Assembly: GCA_963924565.1 (NCBI GenBank)
Contig: OZ004611.1
Span: 30,008,001 to 30,072,000, forward strand
DNA length: 64,000 bases
Direction of reading: 5' to 3'
Origin: Ascidiella aspersa
Lineage: Eukaryota
In this document: piece after piece, positions 40,401 to 50,100 of the stretch
Layout: each line of letters opens with the position of its first letter
How positions within the stretch are numbered: the stretch's first letter is position 1
Notes under the pieces: generated by a model
The model's database searches: none
What the model was told of the DNA's origin: nothing
What the model saw: only the letters and a program-made list of their open reading frames with translations
Translations under genes and position numbers: made by a program

Positions 40401-43091
40401 ATTCGGATTCATGTCTACCTTTGTTTACTATTTACTTAGTTCATAAACAGCGCTATAATTCACGTTAGGTTACACGAAAAGCTTAAGCTGCCTGACTAAC
40501 GGCATAGCACGAAACCTCAAATATCTCTGTAATAAGTTTGAAGTGCTCGACTTGGTAAAAAGCTAGTACGATGGCTTCCTTGGCCACACCCAAAAATTGA
40601 CCTGTAAATAAACTCAACACTGAAATCACAAACAACGGAGTGTACCTCGGACAGCTTACGAATGCCGTTCAGATTTGCCCCGTAAAGCGTAAAAGCAATT
40701 AGTGCCGAAGGTGACAGTCAACAAACGCAAATGCGAAAATGAAATCAGCTGATAACGGTCTATTAGAAGATGTGTGTTTAAAAAGACGACAAGTCGTCCC
40801 CAGGCAAGGCAAAACAGTAGCAGAAGTGTCCTCTCAATATAAGACTGATTTTAATATCTCCAACTTAAAAAGCCGGGCTCCTACGTAAGGGTGCCATTTT
40901 TTAACAGGCAAAATCCTATAAAAACTTATCACAGTTTTGGAAAAACAACTGTAAATGTATTATGGAAGTATATTTCGCTTTAAAGTCATTGAAACCAAAC
41001 AACCCTGTAGACTTTATTGCACTAAACTAGATTGGTCATGGTAAACAATCTCTCACTCATACAAAGTTTTACACTAAAATGCCTGATATGTTTGATATCC
41101 GGATGTATGGCAATTCTTACCTTGGCATATTATACTTTTGGTACGCTCCTAAACATTAAACGGATCGATGGGTTTCGGTGGGTATCCAGATATGACGTCA
41201 CAATGTGTCTATTTGCCACGCCTTTGCGCAAGTTTTCCCGGAACTGATGATGTCGCTCGAGCAAAATTGTTATATTCCTTTAAATATATGTCAAGTACTT
41301 TATTTTAACAGGGTTTTAGTCTTTAATAAAAAAATGAACGACAAATCCGGCTACTGCTAAAAACTCCATCTTTCATTACAAACACATTTTTTAAACAGAT
41401 GACATCGAACTGATCAAACTGCGAAGAGACGTGACCTTCGCCAATAGTCTCCTGCCAGCCTGCTTGCCTCAAGGTCAACTGGCCACGCCCAACGATACCT
41501 GCTACGTCACAGGATGGGGAAAAACCGGTAGGGGATTTTTATATCTATTTTGTGAATAAAGCATTTTTTAGTGTGTTTTGACTGTTCAATACAGGTATAT
41601 GTAAGTTAAGCGAGTAGATTTCTACAAAAAGGTATAAATACATTTACCGATAGTGGGTTACCGTATTTCGTTGCACCCGTGTCTTTATTGCTAAAATAAA
41701 ATGTATAAATTGTCCCTAATATTTACAAGTGACCAATAGTTATGCATTACAAATGCAAACATAACACAATACCAAGGTGACCAGAAGCGAAGCTTTTTTT
41801 AATTTTTGCTTTTTGCCGAGTCAAACTAATCGCTCTATAGCACTGATTCCCAAAACTGTGTGCCGCAGCACAGAGAGATTGCCAAGTGTGCCACGAAACT
41901 TTTTTTAATTTCGAAAAAGAGAGTATTTATATTACCAATAGGCATACACGCAAGCATTTTAGACCTAAATACGCACTACCCATTGCAAATTAATCATATT
42001 GAGACATTTACATATATGTTTTCGCGTGTTAAGCGAGATTGTAAAATGACTCTATTTTGTTCTGTTAAAAGTGTGCCACGAAATAGTTAAGATATTTTTA
42101 GTGTGAGAAAAAAAAAGTTTGGAAACCACTGTTCTGTAGACTAACTACAAAACGACTCGCTTGTTTAATAAGGAAGTTTACAAGGATGCAAGCCGACTGT
42201 TTGTGTCTTCAGAGGCCACCGACTCTGAGCAAGAAATGTTGCTGGAGGGCAAGATGCCAATCATCGACTTCCGCAAATGTGGGAAGCTAGGGGGTCGGTA
42301 CCGCTACTATTACCGCTACTACCTATCTGCGCAGTACCACATGTGCGCAGGTGACCCCAAGCACGCCAAGGTCGACACGTGTGAGGTGAGATTTAAATTT
42401 GAGCGGGAGATCAAAATTTAAATTTTGTATGAATATAATTTTTTATACTTTTTAGATATTCATAATGCTTCTAGGAGCCAAAAAAAAAAATTAAAACGGA
42501 TTGCCTCATTGTCTCTGATTTAAACCGGATTTTGACGTTTTATCGTAATTTTTTACTAACGATTTGCTAACATCTAAATTAAAAAATGAATAAATAAAGC
42601 GAGAATCTCAAAACGTTTATACTTGGAAAAAAGAAAAAAGGAAAAATAGGAAAAAAACTGCTTTTAACTTAAAAGATCGAAAACAACTTATTAATATACA
42701 GAATACTGCTGTCACTTAAAAAAAGCCATCGTAAGTTCTGCTAAAAAATCTGATTCGAATGAAACAAAGGTTAGGCTATTTAACCTCAGGTGACATTTCC
42801 AAGTTAAACGTAGTAGGCTAGGTTCTATTTAAACGAAAAAAAATTGCACACGTCTAAGCACGGCTTACTTGCATTTCAAGGCATTTTTTATCCATGATTT
42901 TAACTTAGGGCGACTCTGGAGGTCCACTGGTTTGTCGACGAACCGACGGACGCTGGTACGTTGCTGGCATCACCTCATTCAGCTTCGTGGCCTGCGGAAC
43001 TCCCCAGCATGTCGGAATCTACGTTCCCGTCGCAAAATTTGAGGCCTGGATAAGGGACGTAATGACCGAATACTCGCACGCCGGATGTTGA
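10217..43091 (+). CDS. Secreted TSP1-repeat (x10) trypsin-family (S1A) serine protease zymogen, 20 coding exons, 1037 aa: join(10217-10403,15114-15231,18735-18953,23272-23464,23990-24161,24620-24713,26426-26530,28549-28692,32294-32328,32789-33061,33720-33899,34287-34498,34875-35015,35475-35586,36136-36293,38040-38176,39051-39199,41399-41527,42213-42385,42909-43091)
   Basis: Exons joined by hand at GT-AG sites. Lengths sum to 3114 nt with consistent phases and no internal stop. Signal peptide, RRKR, ten WxxW..CxxxC..RxRxC..C..C..C repeats, R|[47 protein letters not shown] at 43089-43091. Confidence 0.9.
13854..13891 (+). ncRNA. Minimal type-I hammerhead ribozyme-like motif
   Basis: TCA-CTGATGA-T-GGCA(8 nt)TGCC-GAAACGTT|TGA, lying in the loop of a perfect 53-bp inverted repeat. 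Confidence 0.6.
15114..15231 (+). CDS. Protease exon 2: furin site and acidic/aromatic segment
   Basis: tttgcag|(D)[38 protein letters not shown](W)|gtaagt. Phase 1 to 2, matching both neighbours. Confidence 0.88.
17479..17720. mobile_element. hAT (Charlie-like) MITE
   Basis: cagtgcttcttaacc...ggttgataaacactg; TSD ccttaaaa/cctttaaa. Confidence 0.75.
18735..18953 (+). CDS. Protease exon 3: TSP1 repeat 1 and start of repeat 2
   Basis: [17 protein letters not shown]...[12 protein letters not shown]...[14 protein letters not shown]; ggcag| and |gtcagc. Confidence 0.93.
20780..21030. repeat. Degenerate 10-bp tandem repeat (YACGCAAACG)
   Basis: Columns of cacgcaaacg/tacgcaaact/tactcaaaca with period 10. 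Confidence 0.85.
23272..23464 (+). CDS. Protease exon 4: TSP1 repeats 2-3
   Basis: [22 protein letters not shown]...[26 protein letters not shown]; ctttag| and |gtagat. Confidence 0.92.
23572..23647 (-). pseudogene. tRNA-like repeat copy in protease intron 4
   Basis: Near-identical to 62455-62529; A box TAGCTCAGTTGG, B box GTTCGAATC. Confidence 0.75.
23990..24161 (+). CDS. Protease exon 5: TSP1 repeats 3-4
   Basis: [20 protein letters not shown]...[13 protein letters not shown]...[12 protein letters not shown]; tttccag| and |gtaaga. Confidence 0.92.
24620..24713 (+). CDS. Protease exon 6: end of TSP1 repeat 4 and linker
   Basis: [31 protein letters not shown]; ctttaaag| and |gtaagt; phase 1 to 2. 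Confidence 0.85.
24777..25036. mobile_element. hAT (Charlie-like) MITE
   Basis: cagtggttctcaa...ttgagaaccactg TIRs; degenerate 8-bp TSD. Confidence 0.75.
26426..26530 (+). CDS. Protease exon 7: TSP1 repeat 5 start
   Basis: [34 protein letters not shown]; tttcag| and |gtaaga. Confidence 0.93.
26570..27165. repeat. Degenerate A-rich tandem repeat (ACCATTTRAAAAGAAA motif)
   Basis: Recurrent accatttgaaaa/accatttaaaa units in intron 7. Confidence 0.8.
28549..28692 (+). CDS. Protease exon 8: TSP1 repeats 5-6
   Basis: [47 protein letters not shown]; tttccag| and |gtacgg. Confidence 0.92.
31994..32041 (-). ncRNA. Minimal type-I hammerhead ribozyme-like motif, U3-A8 core variant
   Basis: Reverse complement reads UCAUUAUG-UUGAAAA-U-GAAUAA(agag)UUAUUC-GAAACGUU|CAAAAUGA. 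Stem I 7/8 bp, stem II 6 bp, palindromic loopless stem III. Confidence 0.6.
32046..32088 (+). ncRNA. Minimal hammerhead-like motif, U3-A8 variant (inverted partner copy)
   Basis: TTGAAAA 32050-32056, GAATAA/TTATTC stem II, GAAACGTT 32074-32081. The 5' strand of stem I is truncated by the inversion. Confidence 0.5.
32294..32328 (+). CDS. Protease exon 9: 35-nt mini-exon
   Basis: ttatcttttttag|(R)[11 protein letters not shown]|gtaaat. It supplies exactly the phase 2 to 1 shift needed between exons 8 and 10. Confidence 0.75.
32789..33061 (+). CDS. Protease exon 10: Ser/Thr/Pro-rich, Cys-free insert
   Basis: aacgcag|(V)[15 protein letters not shown]...TQYPETIE|gtgtga. 273 nt open, GC-richer than flanks, phase 1-1. 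Confidence 0.8.
33720..33899 (+). CDS. Protease exon 11: end of TSP1 repeat 6, start of repeat 7
   Basis: [53 protein letters not shown]; tttgcag| and |gtgagt. Confidence 0.93.
34287..34498 (+). CDS. Protease exon 12: TSP1 repeats 7-8
   Basis: [43 protein letters not shown]...CNTH; tttcag| and |gtaagt. Confidence 0.93.
34875..35015 (+). CDS. Protease exon 13: TSP1 repeat 9
   Basis: [47 protein letters not shown]; phase 0-0. Confidence 0.93.
35340..35379 (+). ncRNA. Minimal type-I hammerhead ribozyme-like motif
   Basis: TTTTAC-CTGATGA-A-GCAC(agtt)GTGC-GAAAGCTT|GTCAAG; stem I 5/6 bp. Mutated relatives at 7373-7412 and ~27540-27585. Confidence 0.6.
35475..35586 (+). CDS. Protease exon 14: TSP1 repeat 10 start
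   Basis: [37 protein letters not shown]; acgcag| and |gtataa. Confidence 0.92.
35600..36113. repeat. 24-bp tandem repeat (about 21 copies, TAAGTTTCTTTAATTACGTCAYGC) filling intron 14
   Basis: Visible periodicity; it explains the 8-aa-repeat ORF 35906-36190. Confidence 0.93.
36136..36293 (+). CDS. Protease exon 15: end of TSP1 repeat 10, activation peptide, R|IVGG
   Basis: [16 protein letters not shown]...FPGCGVRG...AIVR|IVGGN; tttccag| and |gtaagt. Confidence 0.94.
37650..37967. mobile_element. hAT (Charlie-like) MITE
   Basis: cagtggtttccaaac...gtttgggaatccctg; perfect TSD GTCTACAC (37642-37649, 37968-37975). Confidence 0.85.
38040..38176 (+). CDS. Protease exon 16: catalytic His57
   Basis: [15 protein letters not shown]...[22 protein letters not shown]. 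Confidence 0.94.
39051..39199 (+). CDS. Protease exon 17
   Basis: [22 protein letters not shown]...[21 protein letters not shown]; tttcag| and |gtaagt. Confidence 0.92.
41399..41527 (+). CDS. Protease exon 18: catalytic Asp102
   Basis: [24 protein letters not shown]...CYVTGWGKT. Confidence 0.94.
41841..42131. mobile_element. hAT (Charlie-like) MITE
   Basis: cactgattcccaaa...tttggaaaccactg; TSD ctctatag/ttctgtag. Confidence 0.7.
42213..42385 (+). CDS. Protease exon 19: includes S1-pocket Asp189
   Basis: ...[14 protein letters not shown]...RYRYYYRYY...[16 protein letters not shown]|gtgaga. Confidence 0.93.
42909..43091 (+). CDS. Protease exon 20: catalytic Ser195 and stop
   Basis: [60 protein letters not shown]. 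Confidence 0.95.
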   Translation, partial: GDSGGPLVCRRTDGRWYVAGITSFSFVACGTPQHVGIYVPVAKFEAWIRDVMTEYSHAGC

Positions 43092-44368
43092 GCCTCGAAA
43101 TCCCGCGGAATTGCCGAATGATTCCTGAAGGTGCTCGATTAATAGTTGGCGGGGATTTAAAGCGAGAAATCCGGCCGATGTGGAAATGTTTAAAAGTGGA
43201 GAAACTTTTATTCAGTGATGGATTTTTTTTTTTGAAAGCGAATAAGGCGCTTTATTAGACCTACCGTGGCCCTTAAAGTGGTATTTGTTTTTTTGGTTAA
43301 TTATTACCAAACCGGGCTTTGTTCATCAGCTGCCATGAGGCCACTTTGTAGTTGACAAGCTTTGGCGAACACAAATTATCTTCACTAAGCTTTTTGCTAG
43401 ATCAAAATATGAGAAATTAGCAATATTGTCTGGTTTAGTCGTTTAAAAAATACCAAAATAACACAAGTAACGCTGCATGCAATCTAATGTTGCTTTATAA
43501 ACACATTTTTACCATCTATTTTTTTGCCAAAGTCGGACTCTGGTTGCTGTAAAATGGTTTTCTACATTGTGTCAAGATTTTAACCGTTGGGGAAGCTTTC
43601 AAAGCCCAAATAATAGTCGGAAAATTGAGGCTATTCATAACGCTTTCTGGACATTACAGCAGTACTTTAATGGCATCTGCGGTCCTTTATAAAGCAAAAT
43701 TATGTACTGTTGTTAAAGCTGCGTTTTCGAAGTAAATTTAGTGCATTAAATTGCCTTACAGTGATCTATATCTTGAAACAGTTCACAAGAAATTTGTTGG
43801 ACAACATTTTTTAAAGAGTGCGTGTGCGTTGCGCCCAAAAGTTAAAGGATATAGGACAATGTGCAACATGGACTTTGTATAAGGTTTCTGCTTTTACGGT
43901 CAATTTTAATGTTGAAAAAAACTAGCTCAAATATAAATCCTTCAGAATTGAATGCGCGATTTAAAAATATAACCGGTGAAAAGTAATTTGCTATAATTTA
44001 TACTTTATTTTGAAAAGGGGGCAATGTAGTTATGACAATGGCAACGTATGTCAAGGGGTCTGAAACTCTATTTTTCACCTCATAAAACATGTTTTTTTTT
44101 TCCCAATAATTAACCAATATTGAACAGAAAAAATCGTTGTTTATTTTTTATTTGATTTATTTTTGAAGTATTTTATTCCAAGGAGGTCCATTCGTACAAA
44201 AAGTTTAACAATTTTAATTTAAAAAAAGATATATCGTAGAATCGCAGCCGACTGTATTTACTTAGTAGACTAATTTGCTTTGTAAAATACGTGCTTAGTA
44301 GGTTTCCGGACTCTACTTTGATGTCATTTCGTCCAATCAGAATATCCGCACAACTGCTCCTAATAGAT

Positions 44369-44692
44369 CAGTGGTTCTTAACCTTTTTTCTTTCGTGGCC
44401 CATTTACGTTGCAAAAAATTCTGTGGCCCAATAATTTTTATGAAAGAAAAAGCTGTAAAATAGGTTTAGAACAAACACAGCAGAACATATTTCGAAACAG
44501 ATTATTTATTCAACCGTGCATTAGTGAGATACTTGCGGCTGAACAATAAATTTACATTCCGTTTTATTTCCTCCCGAAGCCATTATTCCTGTAAAATTAA
44601 ATATAGTGTAGCGTTTTAAATTGGTCTGTGGCCCATCTCAAATGTTCTTATGGCCCACCAGTGAGCCATGGCCCACTGGTTGAGAACCGCTG
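44369..44692. mobile_element. hAT (Charlie-like) MITE
   Basis: cagtggttcttaacc...ggttgagaaccgctg; TSD taatagat/taatagac; subterminal GTGGCCCA repeats. Confidence 0.85.
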
Positions 44693-47600
44693 TAATAGAC
44701 TAATTAGGCCGATCGTACAAAATGGCCGAAGAAAAGCTAAAGAGTAAGCAACGTTGCTAGCCAGAACGTTGATTCTTAATCCAAAACAATACGGTTAACC
44801 ATCGGCGTCTTTTTGGAGAAAGTAATTTGAGCACAGAGTTGTTTACAAGCTTAAATAAGTTGCCACGGCTTACCAAGACCACAAAAAATTTAATTTGGTT
44901 TCTTACTTCATGGTTTCCCGTAAATGTAAATGTAAATGTCTAATTGAGACATTTTTTTTTCTTTTTTTTTTCGATTCAAAATCACGCATAATAATGTCGG
45001 CATTTAATTTCCTTAAAAACAATATATGTAAATGTCTCAAAAATATTAATTTGTAATATAGTTCGTATTTAAGTCTAAAATGCTTGCGTGAATGCCTATT
45101 GGTAATACAAATACTCTAGTTTCCGAAATTAAAAAAGTTTCGCGGTACACTTGGCAATCTCTCGAGGCACACAGTTTGGGAATCACTGGTTTATGGTTTC
45201 CCGTGTGGTCAAACTGGTTCGCAACTCTACGACTTTCGATCCGATATTATCAGACGCCGGCTTAATCCTCTCGTGTAAACTCAAAGGTGTTTGGAAGGTT
45301 ACTCGCCTTTGTTTATTGTTGCAGTTTTATCGCGCCGTTTTAAAGTTTAAGAGCGCTCTGCGTTTCAATGCACTCTTTTAAACTTTGCTGTCTGTTTAGT
45401 TCCCCTTTTTTCTTTTCTCTCATCGAGCGATTCACTAAAGCCGAAGACAAAATGTCGATGATTTTATCCTAGCTTTGAAATGCTTTAAACGTTGTAGCTA
45501 CCTCGTGTATACGCTTCGGTGCTTAGCGTGTTTTTCAGTTGAAATGGAACATTCATCACCAATTCGTTTCCACGTGGTAAATAAGGTTATACCCAAAACG
45601 CACAAATATTACAAATTTTGATGTTAATCTCTTTTTAAAACTCGTAGTAATACATTTTTAACTGTTTTTTTACAAATCAGTGAAAAGTAGTTACCGCCAT
45701 AGCATTTTATTTTGTTTAACATGTACATGACAAATGCTTAAAGTGCAAACCACGGGCATTGGGTTCTTTTTTGTTATTTATTTAATTTTTTAAATTCTAC
45801 AAACCTTTTGTTTTTATTGCCTTTGTAAATATTGTGTTCAACTCCCGAACATTCCTACTCTTCTTCAGCCGTTGTTTTTCGCTTTCTGCGCGCTTTTTGC
45901 TCGTTTTTTCTTCCTCTATTTCCGCTCACCGTTGTTTTGTAGTGTTTTCGCTTTTCCGTTTCCGCCTTTCAGTCTAGCCCGCGCCTCGAGAAATGTCGAT
46001 TAAAATCTCTGATTTAAAATTGTGTTTGCAACATTGGTAAGCACACGAAGTAAATTTATCACAGTTTATAAGTTATTTTAACTGAAGTTTACGTTTCAAT
46101 CCGCAAAATAAACAGCAATAGGTTTATGCCTAAATTTAAGGCAGTTAGAAAATGCACCGTGTCTAAAAACGATTAGCTTGACAGAGGAGTTATAAATCGA
46201 ACTAAAGCAGTGATATAAAAAAACTCGTGAGAATAAAACACGTCATTTAATGCGAAATCTATTTTTTCTATGGTCTGAAGTTTGATACAACTACAAAGTG
46301 AATGAACTGCAAACTCTTTCATTTTGAGATATTAAAAACAATTTAAACCTTGTTTAAACAGCAATATTAAAGTTGATCAAGCAAACTGCTCAATATACCG
46401 AATGGGTCAGATAATAAATGAATCTTCGGTACAAATTGTGTTACTGAGGTTTGCATTGGATTTCTGCTATAATGCAAGTAACAAAGTTTGTCTTGAAACT
46501 ATAAAAACGACAATAAATCATGTTATACCTAAGGATAACAGTATCACAAAATCAGTTGTTACCAAATTAAACTAAAATTATATGAATTCCTTTTTATTGT
46601 TATTTATCTCATTAAAAATTGGACATGAGATGTATATGGTTCAAAATTCATTTTTCCTAGCCAAAATTTATTGGTGGAAAAAAAATTCGCAATGTTACTT
46701 GTCTGCCGTGTCAGTTTAACGTTACAGCCATTTGATGTTGTTAATCTCAATCGTACATAAACTTTGAAGGAACACAAGATTATAGCCGCGCACCTGTGTT
46801 CTGCAGATTTACAGGCGTTTGTGGAATCACAGCTTTGAACAATCTAGGCGAGAGTACTTTGCGGTTTTACAATCCGCCTTGGCTTTAGCGTGGAGTCTTT
46901 AGGTCGCACTTTTGCTCAGGTGCGGAGAATTGCTCGATTTGAGTTGACGATAAAATGCCACTTCGACCGCTGAGTTCGAAATAAGCAGTTTAATCCAAAA
47001 GTTTGTCAGCCAATTTGAAATTTTTTTTTACACCGAGGAGTGGGTAAATTAGGAGGATTTTAAAGCAAAAGTTTTTAGCCAGTTTTGACACCGATTTTTC
47101 ATACTTTTGGGATGTTTTTTTCTGAATTGTTTGCTTTTTGTAAATTGTGCTATAGAAGGTAAAGATATAAATTAGAAACCTTAAAATATTTGCTAATGTA
47201 AATGGTTTCAATTCTCTATTTTTGAAAAAGTACCACAAGAATAACTTTAAAATAGGTATATTTATATATTTTATATTTTTAGTTCTTTTGATTTGCTGCT
47301 GTGCCTTCATCGAACTAAATGGTTGCGTGACTGAAAAGAATAAAAAATTCGAACAATATATGTGTAAACCAATTTAAATTAAACTCGCCTCATTTCGAGC
47401 CCTGGCATGTTACATTCCCATTTTCACGTTTCGTGTCGCGTGACGCTTGCGGTTGTCGTTGTCGCCTCGTCGCGTGCCCTTGTGTCGCCTTTGCGATAAC
47501 GATCGCGTCCGACCCGGTTTCGGCTGGCACGATTGGAATCGCGCGACGTCGCGGAAGCCAATTACCGAAGCGACACGCGACGTATCTGCTTGTCGCGAGT

Positions 47601-49694
47601 CGCGACCGCCCTTTTTCCGCTGTTTGTTTGTCCTGGTGAACCGCATTGCGTTTAGGGAGATGCAATCAGGGAAATAACTGCAAAAGTGAAGTTTCAGAGC
47701 GACTTGAGTTAGTAGCAGTTGTTTTTTGCCGTCAGTGTTTGTATTGTAACGCACTGTTGTGTTCTTAGATTAACTGAGTGCGTTTACTTCGCGTACCAAA
47801 AAGGAAGAAATCAAAGCGAGCACGTTTTACAGTAGCGCCACGATTACAATATTAAGATCAATGGCGCCATAACACGTAATCATTGAAGCGCAAAGTACGT
47901 GGTAACACAACAATTAATAATAATACACAACACGTACCAAAAATCGTAGCTCTACAAGTGGATTTCGCAAGCGTAAAAAAAATGACGAACAGTTCAAGAT
48001 TATTACGTCACAATGCGCCAGGTGTACTCTCTGCTATTTACTTCCACACCCGATTTTTCCAGTGCCTTCCCGTCAGGAATCTTTGGCGTGGAATGCTTAC
48101 CCAAAATCATGCCAGTGACGTCATTTTGGCGTAAAATATAACCTGGCGAATTTACCAAGAAAAAAATGGTCATGTTGGGCGTATATATCGTCCCAGTTTG
48201 GTGTTACGTGTTTATCAACACTTAAACACCCAAATTAATTAATTGCCATAAGCCAAATCTTAGAGTTCATAATAATATTAAGTTATCTTACGAATTTTTA
48301 AATAAGGCTTTAGATTACGCGTTTCAGCTTTCGTTTGCCAAATATGTTCTTCAGTTACATAATATCATATTTGATGATGCAAAGTTTTCCGAATTGTTGT
48401 GTGAAAAATTCCTGAGTTTTCCTGCTTCAGTTCGCCTCGTTTCAAACTTGACATTTGGCGTAGGATTTCCGCCGAAAAAAGATTTTTCGTAAATTTTTGC
48501 CGGCCACAATTATGGAATGCAGCCAGGCTTAAACAGCATATATTGCCTTCATTAATATATCATTCAGCTTAGTTTATTACTAATAATTTGGTACTAATAT
48601 AGCGGATCAAATGCTTACAATTTTAAAAGGGGTTTACTCACTTTTGTAGTGAAATTTGTGTCAGTCGCACTTAATCTCGCAGAATGTACAAGTTATTTTT
48701 GCGGTGTGCGTTCATTGGAACGGCCTCGGCCCGACCAAACGGGGCCCCTTGAATTCTGCGGTCACATGGTTCCAACTGGCCACGAAGTTAACGGGGGACC
48801 AAGGCCACAGAAGCTGGGGTATAGGTCAATGCGTTGCAAGTTGCAATGAGGAACGATATCTAAGGACCAATATATGGAGTGAAATACTGGATGCAGATAT
48901 TTTCGAAAAGAACATATATATTATTTTTCTATATTACAGTTTAATCTATAAACTGTTGCTATCAGAAATAGTAATACTAATCAAAAAACATCTCCTCCAA
49001 TAATTGTAATTCTTAATTAACATTTTGGCAACCTATGCAAATTGCCTTCAGGTTTGTCGAAGCCTTGGTTAAAAACTACAATTACCAAAGGAGCTGTTTT
49101 TGATTGATATTATTTCAGTTGTTAATTAAAAAAAAGCGGAATTGACCACGAGTTTTCCCAAGCTAATATTGTGCGCACGCCATTACCGTTATTTTAAATC
49201 TCACGACAACAAACATCAAGTTTCCTCTGCGAGGTTTCGCAGAACGAGGCGTTAAGTTGCGAGAAAATCTTGCTGAGTTTTTGGAAACGGCAAATGCATG
49301 TCTTGCGCCAGTCTAAGCCACCTTAATCCCTAAGCTTTTTATTTAGACCGGGTGTTTTATAAACGCAGGAATTTTCGAGCTTTACAAAACGCCCCTTTAC
49401 TCGGAAAAGCAACGTTACAAAGGGGATCGTTGTATAGGCGTGAAAAGAAAACAGAAGATTCTACATAAAGCTATTCGTATCGCCTAAAGCTAATACAGAG
49501 CTATATTCAGATTCAAATGGTAAAATTCGTTTTTAAAGATGTCGTTTCTCAAGTTTTGCAAGTAATTCTAAACTTAAAAAAAAAAACATTTTATGAATGA
49601 TATGGTACTGAAGACTCCCGTTAAAGAGTGGTTGCCTGACTAACAGAATGAAGCAAGCATTGTTTTCATTGTTGTTTCTCGACTTGCTCCCCTC

Positions 49695-49769
49695 TTTTAT
49701 GTAGCTCAGATGTTAGAGCGACGGTCCCGGCTTGGCCGGGGGTCGTGAGTTCGAATCTCACCACAGGCT
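49695..49769 (+). pseudogene. tRNA-like repeat copy (more degenerate pieces at ~50440-50610 and ~51690-51720)
   Basis: tagctcagatgttagagcgacggtcccggcttggccgg...gtgagttcgaatctcac. Confidence 0.7.
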
Positions 49770-50068
49770 AGTTGTTTTTCTGCCTGCACTGCTTGCATCA
49801 TTGATCGACAGATTCGGTTTGTCTGCGAAGGCAGCACTATGGTACGTAAGCCATTAACAGTTGTCAAAGCGAAACCGGAAGGACTATATCACAGTTGTTG
49901 GACACGTAAGTATGTGTTTCTTTCGTTAAACAATTTATTTGTTATACTTGGGTACACTATGCACGGATCGGTAATGTAGCTTAATAATAAATTTCAAAGC
50001 CAAAAAGGTCGACAATTGCGTCCTACCTTTTATAATTGAAGCTTTGATTTGCTTTTCAGTCACACTAA

Positions 50069-50100
50069 CTGAAGATGATACAAGTTCGTATCGAAACGTC
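50069..50100 (+). ncRNA. Hammerhead core motif (second copy 58313-58344, minus strand)
   Basis: CTGAAGA-T-GATAC(6 nt)GTATC-GAAACGTC; stem I is not evident in either copy. Confidence 0.45.

Noticed and set aside
48649-49003. GC-richer ORFs as a possible exon
   Set aside because: No recognisable domain and no convincing pair of splice sites.
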